Shown here: in pieces, positions 1 through 10,259 of the stretch
Position numbering within the stretch: position 1 is the stretch's first letter
Layout: every line of letters begins with the position of its first letter
NCBI GenBank assembly: GCA_051872395.1
Contig: JBJEDU010000032.1
Location: 502 to 64,501 of the forward strand
DNA: 64,000 nucleotides
Reading direction: 5' to 3'
Origin: Bacilli bacterium
GTDB lineage: Bacteria > Bacillota_I > Bacilli_A > RFN20 > CAG-826
The notes under the pieces: model-generated
Told to the model about the DNA's origin: nothing
Database searches by the model: none
What the model saw: only the letters and a program-made list of their open reading frames with translations
Position numbers and translations under genes: made by a program

Positions 1-2073
1 GGAAAAAATAATGAAGTTAATGCTTTGAGTGATTTTTCTTATTATTTTCCTTCATGTGGTTTAGTGGCTATTAAAGGGAAGTCGGGGTCAGGTAAAAGTA
101 CGTTACTAAACTTGTTAAGTTTATTAGATTCACCCACAAGTGGAGAAATATATTTTTCTCATATCAATTTAAATAAACTTAGTAATAAAAAAAGAAATGA
201 ATTTATTAGAAATAATTTTTCTTTCGTTTTTCAATCGTATCACTTAATTAATCATTTATCTGTTATTGATAATGTTATCGTTAATCTTTTAATAAGAAAT
301 GTATCTTATAAAAAAGCTAGTAAAAAAGCAGAAGGTATATTATTAAAAGTTGGAATTGATAAATCTTTATTTAATAAAAAAGTGAGTCTTTGTTCTGGAG
401 GTGAAAAACAAAGGATCGCTATTGCAAGAGCTTTGATTACTAATCCAAAAATCATATTTTTTGATGAACCCACCGGAGCGTTAGATGAAAACAATAGTCT
501 AAATGTCATGAAACTTATTAGTTCTTTAAAAAAGAATTGTTTATGTATTTTAGTATCTCATGATGAACGACTTATTGAAAAATTCGCTGATGAAATCATT
601 GAGCTTGAATATGGAAAAATAAAGAAAATTACTAAAAGAAATATAATTAAACCTATTACAGATTTAAAAAATAATAATTATAAAAATAGTAAGAAATTAT
701 CATCGTTTTTATACAAAAAGAATATTAATAAAAGGAAAAAGAAACATCTATTTTTATCTTTCTCTTTTTCTTTAGCGCTTTCTTTCTTTATTGTTATTTT
801 TTCTTTCAGTGTCAATAAAGATTCATTAAGTAAAAAAGAAGCTAGTAAACAGTTAGATTATCCCTCTTTGACATTAGTAAAAGAAAAAATTATTTCCACA
901 ACTTCTTCATCTTTAAAACTCGTTAAAACAATGAGACCGAGTAATGATGATGTTTTAACTTTTAAAATAAAAACGAATGATAAATATATTGTCGATTATA
1001 ATTTAGATTATTTGTTTTATTCCTCTTCATTAGATATTGGGGAAAATAATTTTTCTGATTATTCTTTTTCGCCGATATATTCATTTTTAGATGAATTTTG
1101 TAATAAAGAATTATTAATAAAAGGTCAATTTCCTAAAGAAGATAATTTTAATGAAATAGTCATTAATGAATCTTTATACAAATGTTTGATTAATGAATAC
1201 AATTTTTCTCCATTAGATTTATCTTTTGATATAAGTATTAATACAATTTTGCCATTAACATTATCTTTTGATAGTGAAGATATCAAATATATTGAAGATG
1301 TTTTTATTTATGAAGGACAATTAAAAATCGTTGGTGTGGTCAAAGATTTTTCATTTTTATCAAATAAGAAAATTTATTATTCTTACTGTGGATTTAAAAA
1401 TATATTATTTGACCATTTATTAAATAATTTATCTTTTGAGATGGATTATTCAGTCAATGTGTATGATTATTTTTCATTTTTAAATGATAAAAATTATGAA
1501 ACTTCGTATTCCTATCGTTTATTTTTAAAAGATTATCGAAATATTAATTATATTAAAGATGATATAAGTAAAATTGATGGTGAGATTAAGTTAATTTCTT
1601 ATCCATATGAAAAGGAGACGACATTTTCTACTTTATTAAATGTCAGTAATATCGGTTTAAATGTTTTTCTTGTAATTGCTTTTTTATCATTGATTTTATT
1701 AATGATTATTTCTTATTACTCTTTTATATTAAAAGATCGAAAAGAAATAGCGATTTATTTATCGCTTGGAGCATTATATAAAACGATTGAAAATTGTTAT
1801 GTTAATGAAGCAATATTTATAAGTTTTGTCTCTTTTATTTTATCTTTTGTTTTTTCTTTTATTGAACAATTAATAATCAATAGTGTTATTTATAAATTTT
1901 TAAATATTTCTTCCTTTCTATCTATTCCATTTTCCACTTTATATAATATCCCTTTTCTTTTACCTCTTTTTGTTTTATCTATTACAGTTTTAACTGCGTT
2001 GATATCGATTTATATTCCTTTGTTTTTAAGAAGAAAAATTTCACTAAGTAAGGAATTAAAAACTAATGATTGA
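1..2073 (+). CDS. Fused ABC transporter ATP-binding domain + FtsX/MacB-type permease. 5' partial: the reading frame is open to window position 1.
   Basis: Walker A GKSGSGKST, signature CSGGEKQRIAIARAL, Walker [13 protein letters not shown] and H-loop VSHD at the N-terminus. The C-terminal half has one TM helix, a roughly 400-aa extracytoplasmic domain, then three TM helices (FtsX topology). The listed TTG at 25 is in frame with the upstream codons (GKNNEVNAL...), so the true start lies before the window. Confidence 0.85.
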   Translation, partial: GKNNEVNALSDFSYYFPSCGLVAIKGKSGSGKSTLLNLLSLLDSPTSGEIYFSHINLNKLSNKKRNEFIRNNFSFVFQSYHLINHLSVIDNVIVNLLIRNVSYKKASKKAEGILLKVGIDKSLFNKKVSLCSGGEKQRIAIARALITNPKIIFFDEPTGALDENNSLNVMKLISSLKKNCLCILVSHDERLIEKFADEIIELEYGKIKKITKRNIIKPITDLKNNNYKNSKKLSSFLYKKNINKRKKKHLFLSFSFSLALSFFIVIFSFSVNKDSLSKKEASKQLDYPSLTLVKEKIISTTSSSLKLVKTMRPSNDDVLTFKIKTNDKYIVDYNLDYLFYSSSLDIGENNFSDYSFSPIYSFLDEFCNKELLIKGQFPKEDNFNEIVINESLYKCLINEYNFSPLDLSFDISINTILPLTLSFDSEDIKYIEDVFIYEGQLKIVGVVKDFSFLSNKKIYYSYCGFKNILFDHLLNNLSFEMDYSVNVYDYFSFLNDKNYETSYSYRLFLKDYRNINYIKDDISKIDGEIKLISYPYEKETTFSTLLNVSNIGLNVFLVIAFLSLILLMIISYYSFILKDRKEIAIYLSLGALYKTIENCYVNEAIFISFVSFILSFVFSFIEQLIINSVIYKFLNISSFLSIPFSTLYNIPFLLPLFVLSITVLTALISIYIPLFLRRKISLSKELKTND

Positions 2074-4840
2074 ACTTAAAAATATTAACTTATCTTTTCT
2101 TAATCAATGCATTTTTTCAAATGCTTCAATCACTCTTCCTAATAAAGGTTTGTATTTCGTTTTAGGTCCTTCAGGATGTGGGAAGTCCAGTTTTTTACAT
2201 CTATTATGTGGATTATTAAAATATCAAGGCAATATCAAAATAAATGGAAATAATATTTCATCCTTTTCAAAGACGCAAATGGATGATTTTCGCCTTAAAA
2301 ATATCGGATTAGTTTTTCAAGATTATAAATTACTATCTTATTTGAGTGTTTATGAAAATATCGTTCTTCCGTTAAGTGGGTCGAATTTAACTGATTCGAT
2401 AAAACTAACTAAGGCAAAATCGCTATTATCGTATGTTGGATTAAATAATTATTTAAATAAAACTATAAATGAACTTAGTGGTGGAGAAGCTCAAAGAGTG
2501 GCTTTAGCACGTTCTTTAATTAATTCTCCAAGCCTATTATTATGCGATGAACCAACTGGCTCTATCGATAAATTCAATCGTGATATCATCATGCAAATAT
2601 TAAAAAAATATTCACAAAATAATTTGGTGATTGTCGTTACTCATGACGAGAGTTTAATCGATCAATTTTGTGATGGTATTATATATATTAAAAATCACAA
2701 ATTTATATTAAAAAAGTTCGTTAAAAAGAAAGAAAATCAAAAGCTTCTTCTCGATAACAATAATGGTTTTTCTTTTAAAGGTTCATTGAGTCTTAAAGTA
2801 TTGAGAAAAATATATAAAAGTAAAAATAATAAAAGAAAAGTTCAAACATTTTTTATTCGTGGTTTTACTTCATTAGGTATTTTAGGGGTTGGTGTTTCTT
2901 TACTTTTATCTTCTTTTATTTCAACTTCGATAAAAAAATCGTATTCAGAAATACTTTTAGATAATGAAATTATTATGAATAAAAATATTAAAAATAGTGA
3001 ATATGTATCTTCTTTAAATGAAGAAGAAGCATTATCAAAAATTATCGATTATCGAGATTATATTAAAGATATTGGTATTTGCTATTTGAATGATTTTTCT
3101 TCATTTTTCTCTACTTCATATTTTTATTTGAATTCTTCGTCGAGTAAAAAACAAATAATCGATGATTTATCTATTCAACATATCAATGATTTTTTATGGC
3201 TTGATAATTATCCTTTTCTTAATGTTTATCCTTCCAAACCATCAACCCTTCAAGATGATGAAATTATTTTAGGGGCTTCAATTAACACTATTCGTCAATT
3301 ATGTTTATTTTTAGGAATTCCAAGAAACATTTCTTCCTTGTCATATTATTTAAAAAATAACGATTTATATATTTCTTTATTAGCCATCAATGAATCATGG
3401 TCTTATTATGATGAACAAATTTTTAAAGTCGTGGGGTTTTCTTTAGAAAAAAGCAATGTCATATATCACTATAATCATCGTTATAATGAATATATTTTGC
3501 AAACGCGAATGCGATTTGATTCCGTTTATGATATTAACAAAGAGACATATTATCCTTGGACATTAAAAAAGGCCATCTATTATGAAATTGAAGATTACGA
3601 TAATTTCTTGAATAAATCATTTTATGATCCAACTTTTGATGATGTTTATTTAGATAGAAACAAAGAATATTATTTTCCTTCGATATTTAAAAATTTAAAT
3701 AACGAATCTCAAAGTCGATTTCTATTATTTTTTAAGGATAAAGAAAAATTAAAAAGTCGATTAGATTCAATTATAAAAAGTACATCAAATAAAATTAATG
3801 ATGTTTATTTTATGAGCGATAAAGGATATACGGTTTATTCTTCTAGTTTAATGAAAGGTTTTTATTATCCTTTTTTCTTTTCTTTTAATAAAGAAAAATT
3901 AGAATCCGCGGTTGATATTGATTCGCAAAATGATGACATCAATACTATTTCATTATTCGATGAAGTGATTAAAGGTCATTATACGTTAAGTAAAAGTGAA
4001 GGAGTGTTTTTTAAATCAACTGATGAAGTTGATATTGGTCGGCTTCCTCAAAATTATGATGAAATCATTGTTTCTTCCTCATTTTTAAAGAAATTAAATA
4101 TGCCAAATGATAAAGTTCCAAGCGAACCACTTCTTCTTGCAGTTAACAATAAGACAACATATTTAAGTGAGAGCAGTGTTAATAAAGAATACGTTTATTT
4201 GAATTTAAAAGTGACAGGAATTAAAAACTCTTCTTTATTTAACATTTATCAAAATCCGAATTGGTTAATTATTTTCTTTCAAACACGATTGAATGTTTCG
4301 ATTTTTGATTTAGATATTTCTAGTTTTTTAATCGAAGGAAAATCTGGAAAAGATATGAAAGATATCAAAGAAATATTAATGAAAACTTTTCCTTCATTTA
4401 CTTTTTCTTCACCATTATTAGATATTAATGAAAGTGTCAATAATACAATGAAGTATATCGAACTAATTATTTTATGTTTTTCTCTTGTAAGTTTATCTAT
4501 TTCTTTACTTTTATATTCTTTGAGTTTAGATATCACTTTGGAAGAGAGTAAAAAAGATATATCTTTAATTCGTTGTTTAGGTTTTCCTAATCTTGAATCG
4601 GTAAAAATTGTCTTTTTTAATTCTTTAGCTTTTTCCTTGACGAGTTTCTTTGTGAGTAGTTTCGAATTAATAATGTTTTCTTTTGTCTATTCTTTTGTAT
4701 TAAATGTTGATTTCTTTTCGCTTTTAAAAATTAGACCATTTATCTATATGTTAATTATTTCTATTTTGATAGCGTTTTTCTCATCGCTTCTCAACATTAA
4801 AAAAGTTATGAGAATGGATATTTTACAAGCCAGTCAATAA
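2066..4840 (+). CDS. Fused ABC ATP-binding / FtsX-like permease (924 aa). Paralogous partner of the upstream gene.
   Basis: GPSGCGKSS Walker A, LSGGEAQRVALARSL signature, LLLCDEPTGSID Walker B, VTHD H-loop. It has a long extracytoplasmic domain and C-terminal TM helices. Its ATG overlaps the upstream stop by 8 nt (ATGATTGA), which indicates translational coupling. Confidence 0.85.
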   Translation: MIELKNINLSFLNQCIFSNASITLPNKGLYFVLGPSGCGKSSFLHLLCGLLKYQGNIKINGNNISSFSKTQMDDFRLKNIGLVFQDYKLLSYLSVYENIVLPLSGSNLTDSIKLTKAKSLLSYVGLNNYLNKTINELSGGEAQRVALARSLINSPSLLLCDEPTGSIDKFNRDIIMQILKKYSQNNLVIVVTHDESLIDQFCDGIIYIKNHKFILKKFVKKKENQKLLLDNNNGFSFKGSLSLKVLRKIYKSKNNKRKVQTFFIRGFTSLGILGVGVSLLLSSFISTSIKKSYSEILLDNEIIMNKNIKNSEYVSSLNEEEALSKIIDYRDYIKDIGICYLNDFSSFFSTSYFYLNSSSSKKQIIDDLSIQHINDFLWLDNYPFLNVYPSKPSTLQDDEIILGASINTIRQLCLFLGIPRNISSLSYYLKNNDLYISLLAINESWSYYDEQIFKVVGFSLEKSNVIYHYNHRYNEYILQTRMRFDSVYDINKETYYPWTLKKAIYYEIEDYDNFLNKSFYDPTFDDVYLDRNKEYYFPSIFKNLNNESQSRFLLFFKDKEKLKSRLDSIIKSTSNKINDVYFMSDKGYTVYSSSLMKGFYYPFFFSFNKEKLESAVDIDSQNDDINTISLFDEVIKGHYTLSKSEGVFFKSTDEVDIGRLPQNYDEIIVSSSFLKKLNMPNDKVPSEPLLLAVNNKTTYLSESSVNKEYVYLNLKVTGIKNSSLFNIYQNPNWLIIFFQTRLNVSIFDLDISSFLIEGKSGKDMKDIKEILMKTFPSFTFSSPLLDINESVNNTMKYIELIILCFSLVSLSISLLLYSLSLDITLEESKKDISLIRCLGFPNLESVKIVFFNSLAFSLTSFFVSSFELIMFSFVYSFVLNVDFFSLLKIRPFIYMLIISILIAFFSSLLNIKKVMRMDILQASQ

Positions 4841-4913
4841 TTTGGATATAGACAACAAAAATTATATTATATATAATAATTAAGCAATTTTTCATTGAGA
4901 GTGAGTATTAATT

Positions 4914-6026
4914 ATGGGTTTAAAAGCAGGTATAGTCGGTCTTCCAAATGTTGGTAAATCTACTTTATTTAACGCAATTACCAATTCACATGTTGAAGCA
5001 GCGAATTATCCTTTTGCAACGATTAGTCCAAATACTGGTGTGGTCAATGTTCCTGATGATAGATTAGATTTTTTATGTGATGTCTTTTCTCCATTAAGAA
5101 AAATTCCTGCTACGGTGGAATTTTATGATATTGCTGGCCTTGTTAGAGGGGCGTCGAAAGGCGAAGGATTAGGTAATCAATTTTTAGCCCATATTCGTGA
5201 ATGTGATGCGATTGTTGAAGTGGTGCGTTGCTTTGAAAGTGGAGATATTATCCATGTCGAAGGAAGTGTCGACCCAATTCGCGATGTGACCGTCATTAAT
5301 TTAGAACTCGTTATGGCGGATTTAGATTTAGTTAATAAAAGAATTGATAAAATCGCAAATAAAGCAAGAATTTTAAAAGACAAAGATTCCATTTATGAAA
5401 TGGATATCTTATCTAAAATTAAAGTCGCTCTCGATAATGGTGATCCAGTTAGAAGTGTTGCTTTAGACGAAAAAGAAAAAGAATTCATCAAAATAAATTA
5501 TCATTTATTGACTAGTAAACCGATATTATATATTGCGAATGTGAGTGAAGATGATTTATTAGATTTATCTAATAGTGTTCATTTTACATCATTAAAGGAA
5601 TACGCTGAAAAAGAAAATGCTGGTATCATTCCAGTATCTTGCGAAATTGAAGCAGAACTTTCTTCACTTCCAAAAGAAGAAAAAGAAGAATATTTATCTT
5701 CATTAGGGGTCAATGAATCTGGATTAGAAAAGGTTATTAAAGCCACATATCGTTTATTGAATTTATCAACATTTTTTACGGTTGGTAGCGATGAATGTCG
5801 TGCATGGACTTTTAAAAATGGAATGTCCGCGCCTGAATGCGCTGGAATAATTCATACAGATTTTATGAAAGGTTTCATTTGTGCGGAAGTTTATTCTTAT
5901 GATTCTATCAAAGAATTTGGTAATGAAGCCAAAGTTAAAGATGCTGGAAAGATTAGAACTGAAGGAAAAGGATATTATCCTAAAGATGGTGATATTATGT
6001 TCTTCAGATTCAATGTGAAAAAATAG
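4914..6026 (+). CDS. ychF: Ribosome-binding ATPase YchF (Obg-family GTPase-like)
   Basis: N-terminus [23 protein letters not shown], the G-domain motifs and the C-terminal TGS domain are all canonical YchF. Confidence 0.95.
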   Translation: MGLKAGIVGLPNVGKSTLFNAITNSHVEAANYPFATISPNTGVVNVPDDRLDFLCDVFSPLRKIPATVEFYDIAGLVRGASKGEGLGNQFLAHIRECDAIVEVVRCFESGDIIHVEGSVDPIRDVTVINLELVMADLDLVNKRIDKIANKARILKDKDSIYEMDILSKIKVALDNGDPVRSVALDEKEKEFIKINYHLLTSKPILYIANVSEDDLLDLSNSVHFTSLKEYAEKENAGIIPVSCEIEAELSSLPKEEKEEYLSSLGVNESGLEKVIKATYRLLNLSTFFTVGSDECRAWTFKNGMSAPECAGIIHTDFMKGFICAEVYSYDSIKEFGNEAKVKDAGKIRTEGKGYYPKDGDIMFFRFNVKK

Positions 6027-6029
6027 ATT

Positions 6030-6506
6030 ATGTTTAGAGTGGGATTTGCAAAAGATATTCATCGATTAGTCAAAGGTAGACCATTAATTTTAGGTGGTGT
6101 CACTATTCCTTTTGAACTTGGTGAAGACGCTCATAGTGATGGGGATGTTGTCTATCATAGTTTAAGTGAAGCAATGCTCGGCTCTTTAGCGTTAGGGGAT
6201 TTAGGTACATTTTATCCCACTGACGATGATAAATATTTAAATATTGATTCATCGTATTTTGTTAAAGGTTGTTATAAAAAGGTTTTGGATAAAGGTTACT
6301 CCATTGTCAATATTGATATATCTATCAATTTAGAGAAGCCTAAATTAAAACCATATTTACAAAATATGAGAGAAAATATATCTTCTTTATTAGAAATCGA
6401 TATTAAAAATATTTCTATTAAAGCGATGACGAATGAAAAACTTGATTCAGTTGGAGAAAATAAAGCCGTTGAATCATATTGCTATTTGTTAATTAAAAAA
6501 AATTAA
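6030..6506 (+). CDS. ispF: 2-C-methyl-D-erythritol 2,4-cyclodiphosphate synthase
   Basis: Zn-ligand motif DIHRL plus AHSDGDV. The whole 158-aa protein aligns to IspF (GGVTIPFELG...). Confidence 0.9.
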   Translation: MFRVGFAKDIHRLVKGRPLILGGVTIPFELGEDAHSDGDVVYHSLSEAMLGSLALGDLGTFYPTDDDKYLNIDSSYFVKGCYKKVLDKGYSIVNIDISINLEKPKLKPYLQNMRENISSLLEIDIKNISIKAMTNEKLDSVGENKAVESYCYLLIKKN

Positions 6507-6515
6507 GGTTAGTTT

Positions 6516-8144
6516 ATGGATGTCATTTTAAATTTAAAACAACTTGTTATTGATTCTTTTTTAAAGAAATATGGATTACAGTTAACTTTCACTGATGTTG
6601 TCATTGAAAATTCACGTAGTCCAGAACATGGTGATTATGCGACTAATGTCGCTATGAAATATGCGAAAGCTCTTTCTTTAAAGCCGATTGAATTAGCTAA
6701 TTCTTTAAAAGAAGAAATTAAAGATGAATCAATCGCTAAAATTGAAATTGCCGGTCCTGGTTTCATTAACTTTTTCATGTCTAAAGACTCTTTAAATAAC
6801 TTGATTAAAAACATCATTTTAAAAGGTGATGATTATGGTCGAGGAGAGAAAAAAGAAACAAAAATTAATATTGAATTTGTCTCCGCTAACCCGACTGGAA
6901 GTTTACATGTTGGTCACGCTCGAGGAGCGGCGATAGGTGATAGCGTTGCTCGTATATTAAGTTTTGACGGGTATGATGTCACTAGAGAATATTATATTAA
7001 CGATGCTGGTAATCAAATTGATAATTTAGGTTTATCTTTGATTGAAAGATATAAAGAAATTAAAGGTTTACCTTTTAGTTTACCTAACGATGGATATCAT
7101 GGAGATGATGTCAAAGAAATCGCTGAAAGTATTAATAAAAATTATCCTAATTTGTTAGATTTAAGTTTCGATGAGCAATTAGCGTTCTTTAAAAAAGAAG
7201 GATCAAAAATTGAACTCGATAGAATCAAAGAAGTTTTATCAAATTTTGGTGTTACTTTCGATGTATTTTCAAGTGAATTAGAAGTTAGAAAAGATGGCGC
7301 GATTAATAAAGAATTAGAATTTTTAAAACCTCATACTTATTTATCTGATGGTGCGCTATTATTAAAAACTAGTGATTATTTAGATGATAAAGACCGTGTC
7401 ATTGTGAAATCTAATGGAGATTATACATATTTCCTTCCAGACATTGTCTATCATATGAATAAGAAGAATCGTGGTTTTGATTTGCTTATTGATGTATTAG
7501 GCGCTGATCATCACGGATATATCAATCGTATGAAATCTGCTCTTATGATGCATGGATGTTCAGAAGATACTTTAGAAGTTGAACTCATCCAAATGGTTAG
7601 AATTATGAAGGATGGAGTGGAAATTAAAGCCTCTAAAAGAAGCGGCAATGCTTTAACTTTACAAGAATTAATCGAAGAAGTTGGAAAAGATGCGACAAGA
7701 TATTTCTTTGCGATGAGAGCAAGTTCAATGCATTTAGATTTCGATTTAAATTTAGCCAAAGAACAATCTGCGTCAAATCCAGTTTATTACGCGCAATACG
7801 CTCACGCTCGATTATCGAGAGTTTTAGAATTAGGCAAAGAATTTGAAATTGATATCGATAATATTTCTGGACTTACCAGTCCATATGAAATTAATTTGAT
7901 AAAAGCCCTCAATGATTTTCCAAAAGAAGTGAGGGAAGCCGCGAAAGAAAGAGCGCCTTATAAAATGACTAATTATATTCACCGAGTTTCAGAATTGGTT
8001 CATTCATTTTATACAGAGTGCAAAATAGTTGATAAAGATAATGTTGCATTATCTAAATCTAGACTAGCGCTATCAAAAGCGAGTAAAATAGTATTGAAGA
8101 ATGCATTGAATCTCATTGGCGTTACAGCTTTAAATAAAATGTAG
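6516..8144 (+). CDS. argS: Arginine--tRNA ligase
   Basis: Class I HIGH-like motif PTGSLHVGHARGAAIGD. Length is 542 aa, and the C-terminal anticodon-binding (DALR-type) region is conserved. Confidence 0.95.
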   Translation: MDVILNLKQLVIDSFLKKYGLQLTFTDVVIENSRSPEHGDYATNVAMKYAKALSLKPIELANSLKEEIKDESIAKIEIAGPGFINFFMSKDSLNNLIKNIILKGDDYGRGEKKETKINIEFVSANPTGSLHVGHARGAAIGDSVARILSFDGYDVTREYYINDAGNQIDNLGLSLIERYKEIKGLPFSLPNDGYHGDDVKEIAESINKNYPNLLDLSFDEQLAFFKKEGSKIELDRIKEVLSNFGVTFDVFSSELEVRKDGAINKELEFLKPHTYLSDGALLLKTSDYLDDKDRVIVKSNGDYTYFLPDIVYHMNKKNRGFDLLIDVLGADHHGYINRMKSALMMHGCSEDTLEVELIQMVRIMKDGVEIKASKRSGNALTLQELIEEVGKDATRYFFAMRASSMHLDFDLNLAKEQSASNPVYYAQYAHARLSRVLELGKEFEIDIDNISGLTSPYEINLIKALNDFPKEVREAAKERAPYKMTNYIHRVSELVHSFYTECKIVDKDNVALSKSRLALSKASKIVLKNALNLIGVTALNKM

Positions 8145-8170
8145 ATTAATTAAGAAAGAGAGAAAAAGTC

Positions 8171-8593
8171 ATGGAAAAAACATTATTAGATTATGCTGAA
8201 GAATTTCTTCGTAATAATGAAACTGAAGCTTCATTTAATGATATTTGGGCATATGTTTGTGAAAATGCTTTAAATATTAATGAAGAAGACGATTTAGCGA
8301 AGAAAATTATCGCTAGATTTTACACTAATTTATCATTAGATGGTCGCTTTGTTCCATTAGAGAATAGTATGTGGGATTTAAGAGCTAGAAAGAAATTTGA
8401 TGATATTAAAAGAGACTGGAAAGAATACTATCCAGAAGAAGGCGAAACTGATATCGATGTTGAAGACGATGAACAACGTGAATATGAATCAGTTTATGGC
8501 GAAAATACTGATCGTTTAAATGGCGATGATGACGATGAAAACAAATCTGAAGACGATGATGAATTTAATGATCACGTCGATGAAGAATGTTAA
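8171..8593 (+). CDS. rpoE: DNA-directed RNA polymerase delta subunit
   Basis: RpoE-like N-terminal domain (LLDYAEEFL...FNDIWAYV) followed by a highly acidic D/E-rich C-terminal tail. This subunit is specific to low-GC Gram-positives and Mollicutes. Confidence 0.85.
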   Translation: MEKTLLDYAEEFLRNNETEASFNDIWAYVCENALNINEEDDLAKKIIARFYTNLSLDGRFVPLENSMWDLRARKKFDDIKRDWKEYYPEEGETDIDVEDDEQREYESVYGENTDRLNGDDDDENKSEDDDEFNDHVDEEC

Positions 8594-8625
8594 TAAAGAA
8601 TTAATGCATAGGAGGATAATATAAA

Positions 8626-9489
8626 ATGGCATTAGTTAGTATGAAAGAAATGCTTCTAAAAGCTAAAGAAGGACATTACGCTGTTGGACAATTTAACATC
8701 AATAATGTCGAATGGGTAGGAGCAATTCTTGATGAGGTTCAAGAATTAAAAGCCCCAGTTATTTTAGGTGTTTCAGAAGGTGCATCAAAATATATGGGTG
8801 GACCTAATACAGTCGTGGGAATGATTAGAGGTTACATTCTTGATAAAGGAATTACAGTTCCTGTTGCAATTCATTTAGACCATGGTAGTAGTGTGGAAGT
8901 TTGCAAAAAGATGATTGATGCTGGTTTTACCAGTGTTATGATTGATGCTTCCCATTTCCCATTAGAAGAAAATATCGCAAAGACTAAAGAAGTAGTGGAA
9001 TATGCTCATAAACGTGGAGATATTTCTGTTGAAGCTGAACTTGGTCGTGTCGGAGGACAAGAAGAACATGTTGTCGCTGAAACAATGTATGCAGTTCCTG
9101 AAGAATGTGTCAAAATGGTCAAAGAAACTGGTATTGATTGTTTAGCACCTGCTCTTGGCAGCGTTCATGGTCCATATAAAGGTGAACCAAAATTAGGATT
9201 TAAAGAAATGCAAGAAATTGCTGGTTTAGTGGATTTACCATTAGTGTTACATGGTGGTTCAGGTATTCCTGATTTCCAAATTAAGAAAGCTATCGAATGC
9301 GGCACATGCAAAATTAATGTCAATACTGAATGTCAACAAGAATGGACAAAAATTGTTCGTGAAGTCGTAGCAAAAGACGCGAATGTTTACGATCCAAGAA
9401 AGATTATTGGTCCAGGAAAAGCTGGCATTAAAGCAGTTGTCAAAGCCAAATGTGAAGTCTTTGGTTGCATCGGCAAAGCTGAAGATTAA
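8626..9489 (+). CDS. fba: Class II fructose-1,6-bisphosphate aldolase
   Basis: [27 protein letters not shown] start, and the Zn ligands H/E/H/H are in conserved positions. 287 aa. Confidence 0.95.
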   Translation: MALVSMKEMLLKAKEGHYAVGQFNINNVEWVGAILDEVQELKAPVILGVSEGASKYMGGPNTVVGMIRGYILDKGITVPVAIHLDHGSSVEVCKKMIDAGFTSVMIDASHFPLEENIAKTKEVVEYAHKRGDISVEAELGRVGGQEEHVVAETMYAVPEECVKMVKETGIDCLAPALGSVHGPYKGEPKLGFKEMQEIAGLVDLPLVLHGGSGIPDFQIKKAIECGTCKINVNTECQQEWTKIVREVVAKDANVYDPRKIIGPGKAGIKAVVKAKCEVFGCIGKAED

Positions 9490-9514
9490 TTGATATTTAT
9501 TAATTAATATATTT

Positions 9515-9547
9515 AGAACTCTACAATTTTGTAGGGTTCTTTTTTAT
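9515..9547 (+). terminator. Rho-independent terminator after fba
   Basis: Hairpin AGAACTCTACAATTTTGTAGGGTTCT followed by TTTTTTAT. Confidence 0.7.
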
Positions 9548-9606
9548 ATTTATAAAAAATTTATTGTTTTAAAAAACAAAACTTTTTAAAATATTTTTTT
9601 GAAAAT

Positions 9607-10218
9607 ATGGAAAAAGAAAAATTATTAAATATTTTAAAAAATAGTGAAATAAAAAATGAAATCGATATAGTGGACAATATTTATAGTTCGCTTGAAAAGA
9701 AACAAGAAGATTTTTGTCAAACTTTTTGTATTCACTGTGAAAATGGATGTGGTAAATGTTGTGAACATTTTACTCCAGATATAACTTACTTAGAGGCGAT
9801 TTATATCGCCTATGGTTTAATTATTGAAGGAAAAGATTTAATAGTCTATGACAAATTAAAAAAATGGGATGATAACACTATTTATTGTCCTTTTTACGAC
9901 TTCGCTAATAATGAACATCATTGTACGATTTATTATTATCGACCTTTAATATGTCGACTTTTTGGTGCTTCAGCAGTAAAAGATAAAAATGGAAAACCAA
10001 TATTTAAAAAATGTAAATGGAATAAAATGGGAAAAGATGTTTCTACTGAAGAATTTTTATCTCATCCAAATTCTTTGATAACAATGGAGGAATTTGGTCA
10101 TTTATTAGTTAATAACGAACTCAATTATTCAAAAACTGAATTACTACCAAAAGCAGTGATTTCCGCGATTGAAAGATTGAATTTAATTATTAATTTATTT
10201 GATGATGATTCGTTATAA
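9607..10218 (+). CDS. YkgJ-family cysteine-cluster (putative Zn/Fe-chelating) protein
   Basis: CIHCENGCGKCCEHFTP corresponds to the CxxCxxxGxCC motif. A second C-rich segment (CPF...HHCTIY...ICRLFG) is present. Confidence 0.6.
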   Translation: MEKEKLLNILKNSEIKNEIDIVDNIYSSLEKKQEDFCQTFCIHCENGCGKCCEHFTPDITYLEAIYIAYGLIIEGKDLIVYDKLKKWDDNTIYCPFYDFANNEHHCTIYYYRPLICRLFGASAVKDKNGKPIFKKCKWNKMGKDVSTEEFLSHPNSLITMEEFGHLLVNNELNYSKTELLPKAVISAIERLNLIINLFDDDSL

Positions 10219-10259
10219 TAACTATTACTTTTTCATTGTTTTGTATATAATATAGATAT

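Noticed and set aside
306-509. Short antisense ORFs inside confirmed genes (306–509, 4279–4536, 5177–5392, 5766–6062, 6635–6817, 7511–7759, 13500–13694, 14259–14468, 16381–16713, 17852–18040, 23259–23498, 24182–24418, 25123–25386, 25770–26024, 31077–31304, 37544–37885, 41670–41855, 42935–43677, 48375–48566, 50344–50532, 52224–52406, 53495–53728, 54863–55048, 55346–55549, 61420–61689, 63616–63876)
   Set aside because: Each is embedded in, or antisense to, a gene with clear motif support. They reflect the AT-rich composition (few stops in some frames) and have no start context.
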